From Lytechinus pictus (Eukaryota), in assembly GCF_037042905.1 (NCBI RefSeq), contig NC_087251.1:4280001-4340000 (forward strand): a DNA stretch of 60,000 nucleotides. The letters run 5' to 3'. Numbering within the stretch: position 1 is the stretch's first letter; each line of letters begins with the position of its first letter. Positions 1 to 10,046 of the stretch are shown here, in pieces. The notes under the pieces are model-generated. The model was not told where the DNA came from. It made no database searches and saw only the letters and a program-made list of their open reading frames with translations. A program made the position numbers and the translations under genes.

Positions 1-3000
1 TCTTTTCCAACTGGTGAATCAGCCTACAAGATTTAGAGACGGCCAGCTGGCAAACATTCTTGACCTGATACTAACAAATTCTGAAGATTCGGTGGATAAT
101 GTGTCATATAAAGCCGCACTAGGAAAAAGTGACCACATTGTGATTCAGTTCAATTTGAGTCTGGAGTTCAAGCAGGCTATGTCACACCCTCGATATGCTT
201 ATTTCAGAGGAAGATACAATGATATGAGAAACTTTGTTCAGGACCATCAGATTTTCGACTTTGAAGAGGATCAAGATGTGGATGACAAATATAACTCGTT
301 TAAGGACATTATTGACAAATTAACCGAGGAGTTTGTACCCAAGTCAACTGCATCTTCAACTACTAAAGCAGAACAAGGCATGGAATGTTCATCAAAGTCA
401 AAGGTCGGCTCAATCTAGATGTGTTTTCAATTGTATCAGAAATGAGACTACAAGAGTTATCAATCAAGCCAAAAGGAAGTTTGAGTCCAAGTTAATCTCC
501 GTATTGAAGACTAATTCCAAGAGTTTCTGGAAATATGTTCAAAGTAAACTCAAAATAAAGCACGACATCAGTCTTCTTTCAAGACCTGATGGATCTTTGA
601 CGTCTGATGATGAGGAGAAGGCAGTACTTTTGAACAATTTTTTCAGCTCTGTGTTTACGAAGGAGGATTTGATGAGCTTGCCAGATATTTCTGACAGAAG
701 TTATGCCGAACCTTTGACATCTATCAACATTGACACTGAAAATGTCCTTAAAGTGTTACAATCACTGGACCAATCCAAATCTCCAGGCCCAGATAGGGTA
801 CACGTCAAAGTACTCAAGGAACTCGGTGAACATGTCACCCCAACACTCTCAAATGTGTTCAATGCATCTCTAGATGAAGGAAAAGTTCCATCTAAGTGGA
901 AGCTAGCAGATGTAGTTCCATTGCACAAGAAGGGAGACAAGACAGCTCCAGGAAATTACCGTCCAGTTAGTTTGACAAGTGTGGTGAGCAAAATAATGGA
1001 AACCATGGTGAGGGAAGAAATAGTGCAGCATATGGATGAAAATAGTCTGTGGTCAGAGCACCAACACGGTTTTCGCAAAGGAAGATCTTGTTCATCTCAA
1101 CTTCTCAAAGTGATTGAAGATTGGAGTAATATTCTGGATAATGGTGGTAATGTGTACTGCATTTACCTCGACTACCAAAAGGCTTTTGACAGTTCCGCAT
1201 GAAAGACTGCTGGAGAAACTGCATGCTTATGGTATCAAAGGGAAGATTTTGCATTGGATTAAAGCATTTATATCAAATAGGAGCCAGAGAGTAAATGTCA
1301 ATGGATCCTTTTCACATCATGTACCTGTTACCAGTGGAATTCCTCAAGGGAGCGTGCTTGGCCCCGTTCTCTTCATTATTTTTATTAATGATCTCCCCGA
1401 GGTTATATCTGGTAACTCATCGACAGTCAAAATGTTTGCGGATGATACTAAACTCTACTCTTCTGTCAAAAATGATAATGATGGTGAGATGTTGCAGCAA
1501 GACTTGGACAGTCTTTCAAATTGGTCCAAAACATGGCAACTCCCGTTTAATACATCAAAATGTAAAGTGATGCACCTAGGTAGGAAAAGTTCAGACGGGA
1601 TTTATAAAGTGCAGAAAGATGGTATGATTTCCGACATTGCATCAGTATCGGAAGAGAAGGACTTGGGAGTTACTTTCGATGATAAGCTCAAGTTTAATCA
1701 GCAAGTCGGAAGAGTTGTCGCTGCAGCAAATAGGAAACTAGGAATGATCAGACGTACCTTTTAATCTTTTGATCAAGAAGGATTCCTACCAACCAAAAAA
1801 TTACTTTTTTTCTTTCCAGGGCTCTTTTTGGAGAAACTTAAAAATTTTCCAGGGCTACTTTTTCATTTTCCAGGGCTCTTTTTCCACTTTCCAGGGCTAC
1901 AATTTCTGGAGCTATTTCGCGGCTTTTTTGCGTTTGTGTGTGTGACTGTGTGTGTGTCTGTGTGTGTGTGCCACATTGAAGGGATGCTGGTCAGCAGTGC
2001 AGGGCTGCTCTGCTGCAGGCTCTGCTTTAACAAGATGTACTGTACATGCGGTGCGTTCAACGCTAGCGGGCGTGTATATTTTGCTTATTACATGACGTCA
2101 TCCAGCCACTGCCGAGAGCCAATTTATGAATGAAAATATAGTAAGCATGCGCAGTGCAAGCCTTCCATAGCCCCACACAGTATTCCACCAAAACAAGTGT
2201 GCAATACTCTATCACCTCGTACCAAAATCGACCTAGAATTTCACTTTCCTATAATTTATATGAATTATGAAAGGTGTTCTCGGAGGATCTATTTTCTCAC
2301 CGATACCTAACAGGTAAGTGAATTTCGATTACTTCTTGATTTTCGGTCAAAATCTTACGAATTAGCGTTGATATAGCATCGTGTTCGTTGGAGTTTGTAG
2401 AGTCTATCGCAACGTGTACAAAGTCAATTGATTTCCGGGTTTCGGAGCGTCGCGTGAATATGCATGAAATTGCAGAGTGTCGATAGTTTTCGATCGATAC
2501 TGGAGCAATCCGATCACGAACCAAGACCATTTCCCGCGTAGACAATGTGACCGGATATCGTAATCGCTATCGATACTTTTGCACGCAGTCCGAAGGAATT
2601 ATTTTGGCGACCACGTAGTCATGACGTGATCTGCGCGATTGGCCAATCAGCGGTCTCCGATTCGCTGAGCCGAGACGGTCTATTCGTTGTACACAGTCTA
2701 TGGACAATTTGCCACTGTGAAATATACAGTGTTGACGGGGGCGATTATGAGTTTTGCAGTCGCCCTCGTGTGAATGTTTTTAGCCCTTTTCCGGGGCTCT
2801 TTTTGGACTTTCCGGGGCGAATTCGCCCGCCGCCCCCGTGTAATTTTTTGGTTGATTCCTACTTCTGTACAAGTCACTAATAAGGCCTGTCTTAGAATAT
2901 TCCTCATGTGTATGGCATCCTATCTACAAAAAAGATATTGAGAAGCTTGAAAAGGTTCAACGAAGAGCCACCAAACTTCTGACTTCATTAAGGGACCTCA

Positions 3001-3472
3001 GCTACCCTGCACGCCTCCAAAGCATGAAACTGCCTTCACTTGCCTATAGGAGACACCGATCAGTCATGTTGCAGATCTCCAAATTAGTGACTGGTATTGA
3101 TGACTTTTGTGCAGACCAATTCTTTACACTGTCTAGATCAGAGAGAACACGTGGACACAATTTGAAAATTCTGAAGAATCGGGTTTGTTCAAAGCTGAGA
3201 CAAGGTGTATTCTCTCAGAGAGTTGTCACACAATGGAACAATCTACCAGATGAAGTTGTGAACAGTCGAACTGTCAACATGTTCAAATCACGTTTGGAAA
3301 AGGTGTGGAAAAGGTCCCTGAACATGTACAATCCAGATGAAAATTTTCTTTGTCCATGCTCTACCCATGCCACTCAACGCCAAATAAGTGTTAGGTACCA
3401 ACGTTTGGATACAGAGGGGCAAATAAGTTGTGTATAACTTTATGCCTACTTCCAAGGTAAATCCAAGGTAAA
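1..3472 (+). mobile_element. Decayed CR1-clade LINE (ORF2: APE C-terminus plus reverse transcriptase); 5' part lies outside the window; interrupted at 1790-2854
   Basis: Overlapping ORFs 14-418, 333-1202, 1114-1764 and 3024-3437 carry LDLILTN..LGKSDH, PGPD, NYRPVSLTS, QHGFRKGRSC, YLDYQKAFD, GIPQGSVLGP and MFADD. Removing the insert and one TSD copy restores EGFLLLYKSLIRPVLEYSSCVWHP..LEKVQRRATK. Frameshifts and a TAA at 1762-1764 inactivate it. The 3' tail is (TCCAAGGTAAA)x2 at 3451-3472. Confidence 0.93.
1790..2854. mobile_element. Non-autonomous TIR DNA transposon with 8-bp TSD (hAT, P or other 8-bp superfamily; unresolved)
   Basis: Perfect 15-bp TIRs CAACCAAAAAATTAC (1790-1804) and GTAATTTTTTGGTTG (2840-2854). 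TSD ATTCCTAC at 1782-1789 and 2855-2862. It splits the CR1 reading frame exactly. No transposase ORF. Confidence 0.92.
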
Positions 3473-3785
3473 TAACCAGAAATATTGTGATTTGCGAGGG
3501 TACGCAACAGATTTGTATCGAAACTTCATTGTGAAATGACTGGGATGGAATAATACTTGTCATAAGAGCCTTGCACGTAAACTTGAATGTTGACCTGAAA
3601 ATGACCTTTGACCTTACCATGTGACCTCTGACTGCAGCACAACATGCAGGTCCCCCAAGTCCATATACCATCCAAGTTTGGTTGAAAAGAGACTTACGGA
3701 TGTGGAGTTATGTGTCATAAGGTTTGTAACGGACGACATTTGGATCCCTAAGTCTCGCCTTCACCTCTGGTGGGCGAGACAAAAA
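3473..3785 (-). mobile_element. Truncated Helentron-associated (HINE/DINE/pearl-like) element
   Basis: TGACCTTTGACC-type core. Terminal hairpin GTCTCGCC (3752-3759)/GGCGAGAC (3773-3780) followed by an A-run; same end structure as the element at 25961-26959. Confidence 0.6.
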
Positions 3786-4460
3786 GGAGAACGAAAGAAG
3801 GGGGTTTGGATAATTTTTCAAAATTAGTGGAGGGGACATAAGGAAGTCTTTCCGTAATTAGTGAGTGGAGCCAACGGAGTTCAGCGGAACAACCAATATA
3901 ACAGAGACCGAAACTTTTGGTCTAGATCTGGCCTAGTAGAAATGTCGGAAGTTTTATCCCATGTACATGATCTATGTAACATAGATCATATTCCTCTCTC
4001 AGAGGCTGAGAACTTGCTGTCTTCATTTTCTGATTTCATGGTCCCTTACTCTGTGAATCTGCCACACACCCTCCCAAATGGGAAGAAGAAAGGGAAGGCA
4101 GAATGGAATGCTGAGGTTAGTCAGGCTTATAAGCTGGCTAAGGAGTCTCGGAAGACCTGGCTACTGACCGAAACCACCAACAAGGACCAGGCCAATGAAG
4201 ACCGCATCATCGCAAAGAAGTCCTTCAAAAGTGCTTACGACAGTCCAGAGCGCATTTGAGGAACAATCTTCTCTCTGAAATTGAATCTGCCTCTGCGTCA
4301 AACAGCAAGCTATTTTATCGTCTTGTCAAAATGAATCTTGGCTCGGACTCTTTGCATCGTGAAGTTGATCATCTCTCCTACGGCGACCATGATTACAAAG
4401 ATGATGAAATGCTTCTTGGCTGGCAACTTTATTTCACTGCCCTTTCCTCTGATGGCTCCA

Positions 4461-7400
4461 GGGTCATTCTCAGGAAAACGTATCAATTGATGGGGAGAAA
4501 AATCGAAAAAATGAAGTCAACAGAATGGTTTAAAAGATACATTTTGTGAAAGCACTATAGATGAGAAAGTGGCAACAAAAAAGGGGCAAGTCGATGATGG
4601 GCCAATTTGAAGTACTGACCTGATTAATTCAAGCAAAGAATATCAACGTTACGGAAGTTAATCATTAACATTGTCCACTATGTGACTCAATTATATCACT
4701 TTTGGAATGAATAAAATAGAAATGCACACAATGTAGCTGAAGAGTGGTTAAAAGAATTATATTTCATGAAATAAAAATGCTTGCAAGATAGAAAAATATA
4801 CAGTATTCCTCTTAAGATGCAATATGTTACCAAATAAGATAAAAGAAAATATTACACAATAATCATTGCACATCTTTCATTCAGCACACTGTTCGCAATT
4901 TGAATGAGGCAACCACCAAATAACTTTGAATCTATAATTTGGATCCTAAGCAATGCAAGACCAATTATGGGAATCTCACGATACTTCATAATCTAACCCC
5001 TTAGTGGCATTTGCACTTGTTAATCTTTTGTTACGGAAGTTAAATCAAGTCACTAACTGAAATACGTATTGTGTTAGCTTGGCAAAAATCCTATTCTCGG
5101 AAATCGCATCACTTTTTTTCTAATAAAGCAAAAATAAATATTCAAGACATGGCTCAATTTATTTTTCGAGTGGAATAGTTTGCCCATCCCTTCTCAAAAA
5201 AAGGTTTAACACGAGCAACTTTCATTACTTTTGTTGTTCTTGTTCTTAGTTGAAATGAGAAAACAAAATAACCGGGACACATAATTGTTGTACATCTTAA
5301 AAGTGTCGGTCCCTCAACAAAAAAATATTCTCAGAAATTATAGAAGCCAGGATCTTACCAAGTCATACTCTGGCAAGTCGATTCTCCATTATAGAAATCG
5401 AATAAATGAAATAAGAAAAACGATTATTTTGGTAGTGACTTACTTCTTAAAAGAATGTGAGAAATAAACTATTTGAGTAATGTCTATTCACAACAAATCT
5501 ATCATTCTTGGTCCCATGAGTTGATGGAGAGTCATAAAATCACAATGAGAGACCAAACTTGTCAAAGCTTAAAAAAAAAAAGTTTAAACAAACCACTTAC
5601 TAATAAACCTGGAAACCATGGATATATCCCTGCTGGAACTTTGAGTAGGCACAAAACAGATGACAGTCAGTACATGCCCCCTCCCCTCATTTCTTATTAA
5701 TCGAAATTGCATACATTTTTTTCATATTTTTATATTCCGTTTGTAAATCGATGACTGAAAAAAGCTACTCTGTTCGACTTGTTAAAATCAAGATTGAATA
5801 TCAGGGCAATTGTATGTTGGACTTTGTTGCCGTTATGGAAGTTAAGTTGAATAAAGTAATATAAATATATTATGTTTTGCTTGAACCTTTTAATCTTCAA
5901 GACATGCTACGATAGTTATGATATAGGTCGATTATGTCGGGGGCAGTTGTATGGACATAAATGAACACAGTTCTTCTTGGGGAGGTTACACCTGGTGATG
6001 AGTTTGTTTTGATAAAAGCATAAAATAGATGAAATATTGATGAAATTTTGATGTGAAGTCAGAAATGAGCAGCTCTTCCATATGTCATGTGACATTGATA
6101 AAAAGATCAAATTTGTGAAAAAAAAATACTTGTGGAGCATAATTATGTAATACGCAGGTTATGTCACATCCCTTCGATACGAAGAATATTCTATTCATGT
6201 CACCATGAGGATGAATACATGAAAGAGCTGCTCGCATAAGACATCACAGATTTATTCTCACATGGATTTTATACTATTTCTCACCAACATACATGTATTT
6301 TCTACTTTTATTAAAACCAAGTAGGATTCATTATGAACTTCATTGATTTCCACATCAACCATGTTTTATGTGCGTATAGCTGGTATGTTTTCAGGTAGAT
6401 ATGTTCTTCATTCCGTTTCAAAAGCCATGAACACATGCTCTTCCACAAAAAACAGGCATTTGTTCTTCTTTGTGGGTGATGGAGACGGAACATTTTGCAG
6501 AATGTCTTTGTTGTCTACCCAGATCTTATCCTTGCGTTTTGGCCACTTCAGAAACCGATTACCTTCACCTGTGAATTCCATGAAGTTGATCTCGGCATCT
6601 TCCTCGTCAACCTTGATAATCTGACCAATGTAGCGTTTGCCATCATATCGGGCTACCACCCAGTCACCAACAGTACGGTGGATCTGAGAAGATTCATCAG
6701 GCGTTGCAGATTTTCCAGTGTACTCATCTTGACCTTGTACTGAACAGTTTTGAAGAGCTTCAATTGAAACATTTGATCTTGTATTGTCAAGTAACGAGTG
6801 GACTTTCCAGCCACTGCATGGTGATGTACAAGGGTCGCTTCTGCACATGTCGCAGTAGCAACTCGTTTCTCTCACGGCCACACTATGTTTCCCGACGGGT
6901 TTCACCGCATGCAACTTGAATGTGCCCGGAATTGGTTTGATAGCCTGGTTTTCTGATAGGATATCTGAACATCTGTTGATGTCATCCTGTGTGTAGGAGA
7001 AGAACACAACCTTACTTGACTGTTCAGATTCTGTCCAGCGAATGAAGTCTGAGGCATCTTGGATAGCAAACTTCCCCCTCTTTACCGCCATGTCTGCAGA
7101 GCGTTTAACGCTTCCACCAAGACCATCGCATGGACCTTTCCCATGCCCACTCTCAAGAAAGTTCCATTCGCCTTCAACACCGAAATGTTCCTTGTGATTA
7201 CACAACATCTGGAAGATGGTCTTGTTTCGGTACTGGCTTGTTGGGGAGTCAGTCAAATAGTGGATCTTCTGTAGCAATGGATACTCTTTCTTCAGCAGGG
7301 GGATGAACGCCTTGAGAATCGTAAACACTGTTTTGGCATTGTGGGATGTGTTTTGAGAAACACCTACATAGCTCTGACATTCTTTATTTTTCTTTTGAGG

Positions 7401-10046
7401 GAAATATGTAACCATGGTGTGTAGGCTTACTGACTGAGCATTCCAGTACGCTGATTGGACTTCTTCCATGGCAGAACATGTATAATTTTCTGCAAAATCC
7501 ATCCACACCAGTACTTCTCCTTCCTTTAGGTTCTCTCGAAGTTTCCTCAGTTCTTTGTACTGCTTTGCAATTCTTCCAACATGAGCACGGAAGTCTGGAA
7601 GTGAGGCACGAAGTAAGTTGAGAAACTCCCTCCTTGTCACTTCAGTCTGAACCTCCTTCCACCTAAATTTGCCCTTGTCGCATACCCTTTTCCATTCCTT
7701 GAAAATCATAGTTGCGATTGAAGTAGGAAGTTGGGCATCGATGTTCTCGATCATTCCTTCATCAGACTGATTCTGAGAGATGAAGTTGTCCGGATTTAAG
7801 GTGCACTTAATCCCGTTCCTTCGGAGGCATTTGAGTTTAAGGAGTAGGTTTTGGTGGCGACTACATAGGCATGTCTTTCTCGTCGCAAATGATGCCAAAA
7901 TAAGATGAGGTGGACGAAGTCTACAGAAAGAAGCTCTGGAAATGGTGCATCTTGGATTCTCTGTCAGGAATTTCAAGTGGAGATTTTTCATGTAATCATG
8001 AAGAACACGTTTCTGCTTGATTACAGAATTTTCCTTGTGGGAATCCTTCTTTCCGGGTAGAGGTGAAGAATTGTCTTCCCTTTCCAAAAAGTCAACAACT
8101 GTTCCTTTCATATTCCTTGTCTTGGATGCATTCTCCTTTCTATCCCTACCCATCTTTATGATCTTACTTCTTGAATTCCTAGTCGCTTTGCTGAAGGCTG
8201 AAATCAAACGATACTTCTTAAGCAGCTTTGACACCGCTTCCATTGCCGGCTTTGCATTCCGTTTTGCCTTCCTTTTCCAGGATTTCAGGTCTACCTTAAA
8301 AGGATGCAGTACAGAGTTAGCTATAAGCATTCTCTTTCCAAACTTGGTGTGAATTTTTTGACCCACAGATTGGCAGTCCAGGCGGGTTTGAGCCCTCGGA
8401 GACGCTGGAACATCTGTAGTGCTGGTATGGTTGATGACCTGTTCCCGCGTGGATTCTGTGAGTTTCTTCTGACGATCCAATCTCTTCTTCAATTTCTGTC
8501 TTTGTTTCAAAAGCTCTCTGTTTCTCTTCCTCAAGTTAGCAACCTCAACAGAAGCCCTGCGACATACAGACCGTTGTTTCATCAGTTTCTTTGCAGTTTT
8601 CTCATTCTCCAACTTGCGTCTAGACAAGGCAGGTAGTTTAACTATCAGACGTCTTGTTGTTATTGTTTCTGTACGCTCTATCTGGCGTTTTTTATGCTTG
8701 TTCACTCGGTTCAAAACCGCCCTTCTCCTTACTTTTAGCTCTTTCTTGGAAAGCATGCCGACTGGTATGTATGAGCGGCGTTTTCTCTCCCTTTCCTTGG
8801 CCATGAAGGCTTTTTTGTTTCTCCTCTTCTGCCTTTCTCTCCACAGTTTCTGCCGTTCAGCATTAGACAATGCCATGACACCTGTTTTGGAAGGAAAACA
8901 AACTATCAGCCTCAGCAAAGTACAGCAGTGTAGTGTATTAACTTCCGTAACGATTATTGAAAGAACTACGTAGCAAAGGAAAATAGACATTTTAAGTTCT
9001 AAGAAAGATGCAAATGCTTTCCATTTTATTATATGAATTATTGAAACTTTAAAAAACATTGAATATCGAATATAATTACCAGGAAATTATTTTGATTGGC
9101 AATTGTCCAACTGTATAAAGTGATAGTGAAAATAAGTTGTGTAATAATTATTTGACAGGGATGAATGCCCAGGATTTTTATCGGTACCTAGGTTGAGGGT
9201 ACCTTATATGATTTATTTCTGTATGATCCGGAGTCATTCAGTTTAGCACAAATTTCTGGCATATTAAATAAAAAATGTTACGGAAGTTAATGCGTTACGG
9301 AAGTTAGTGTCTTTATGCTTCATTAGCCGACCCAGTCCTTACTTAGAACCCACGTTTTGTAAAACTGTATTTTTTATGAAAGATGTCCCTTATCTAATAG
9401 AACCCTGAAACCTCAACAGCACTGACAAAGTGATCATTTCAATAAAGTGCGTTACGGATGTTAAGCCTGTTCAGTCATACATTTAATTTTCTAAAATAAT
9501 CCTTCATTTCCGCAAAATACATGAAACGTAACTTCTTATTCCCTATCAATTATTAATTAATGAATATTACTCTACTTGCAGACTCAAATTCACATAATAT
9601 CAATCAGTTTGAAAGGAAGAAAAAAATCATTGCAATATTCGTTACGGAGGTTAAAATTAATTTGGGACAATGTTAAAAGTGAAAATACTCACCAATTGAT
9701 CGCTAAATACTAGAATGAACGCAAAATGTCGGATGACCACACCAACATGCCCACGCCTGACAACAGTGTAGGAAAGAAATAAAGGCTACATAGGAAAGAG
9801 AATGATAGCAAATTCTAAAACTGACCAGAGACAGTGTCGATTTTAACAAAAGACAGAAACAAAAGGCTTCTAAAATCAATGGAATACTTTACTAGCCACT
9901 GGTTGCAGATGATTTGAAGAGCTTGTCTATTCATGTCATTGTCTTGATAAAATGTCTTAGAAAATGTTCAGGAGTGTAGAGCTAGGGGCCATAATATAGT
10001 TGGGACACATTTTTTGTGAATTGTAACGTTTTTTTGAGAATGACCC
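4461..10046 (-). mobile_element. Full-length Sola2-type DNA transposon (5,586 bp), candidate autonomous element
   Basis: TIRs GGGTCATTCTCAGGAAAACGTATCAATT and (reverse complement) GGGTCATTCTCAAAAAAACGTTACAATT: first 12 bp perfect, 24/28 overall. 4-bp TSD TCCA at 4457-4460 and 10047-10050. GRG termini plus a 4-bp TSD are Sola2 features. Contains an intact transposase ORF. Confidence 0.88.
6408..8876 (-). CDS. Sola2-type DDD transposase, 822 aa from the ATG at 8876 (MALSNAERQKLWRERQK...)
   Basis: Uninterrupted ORF with VWMDFAENY, EVQSAYW, YLTDSPTSQYRNK and ESGHGKGPCDGLGGSVKR. Basic coiled N-terminus, CLCSRH and CYCDMC Cys clusters, C-terminal Tudor-like VGDWVVARYDGKRYIGQI. A splice acceptor ends at 8882, 5 nt upstream of the ATG, and a GTGAGT donor lies at 9692, suggesting a 5'UTR intron. 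AATAAA near 6307-6312. Confidence 0.88.
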   Translation of the reverse strand: MALSNAERQKLWRERQKRRNKKAFMAKERERKRRSYIPVGMLSKKELKVRRRAVLNRVNKHKKRQIERTETITTRRLIVKLPALSRRKLENEKTAKKLMKQRSVCRRASVEVANLRKRNRELLKQRQKLKKRLDRQKKLTESTREQVINHTSTTDVPASPRAQTRLDCQSVGQKIHTKFGKRMLIANSVLHPFKVDLKSWKRKAKRNAKPAMEAVSKLLKKYRLISAFSKATRNSRSKIIKMGRDRKENASKTRNMKGTVVDFLEREDNSSPLPGKKDSHKENSVIKQKRVLHDYMKNLHLKFLTENPRCTISRASFCRLRPPHLILASFATRKTCLCSRHQNLLLKLKCLRRNGIKCTLNPDNFISQNQSDEGMIENIDAQLPTSIATMIFKEWKRVCDKGKFRWKEVQTEVTRREFLNLLRASLPDFRAHVGRIAKQYKELRKLRENLKEGEVLVWMDFAENYTCSAMEEVQSAYWNAQSVSLHTMVTYFPQKKNKECQSYVGVSQNTSHNAKTVFTILKAFIPLLKKEYPLLQKIHYLTDSPTSQYRNKTIFQMLCNHKEHFGVEGEWNFLESGHGKGPCDGLGGSVKRSADMAVKRGKFAIQDASDFIRWTESEQSSKVVFFSYTQDDINRCSDILSENQAIKPIPGTFKLHAVKPVGKHSVAVRETSCYCDMCRSDPCTSPCSGWKVHSLLDNTRSNVSIEALQNCSVQGQDEYTGKSATPDESSQIHRTVGDWVVARYDGKRYIGQIIKVDEEDAEINFMEFTGEGNRFLKWPKRKDKIWVDNKDILQNVPSPSPTKKNKCLFFVEEHVFMAFETE

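Noticed and set aside
1781..2862. 9-bp TSD GATTCCTAC implying a Mutator element
   Set aside because: The G at 2854 is needed for the symmetric 15-bp TIR, which leaves an 8-bp TSD.
6495..8973. Several plus-strand ORFs of 70-120 aa
   Set aside because: Antisense shadows of the transposase CDS.
8877..9059. First 61 aa of the 883-aa ORF as the transposase N-terminus
   Set aside because: AT-rich, intron-like sequence ending in a polypyrimidine-CAG acceptor just before the ATG at 8876.
4648..9654. GTTACGGAAGTTAA copies as a CRISPR-like array
   Set aside because: The repeats are only 14 bp, irregularly spaced, one is inverted, there are no cas genes, and the context is eukaryotic.
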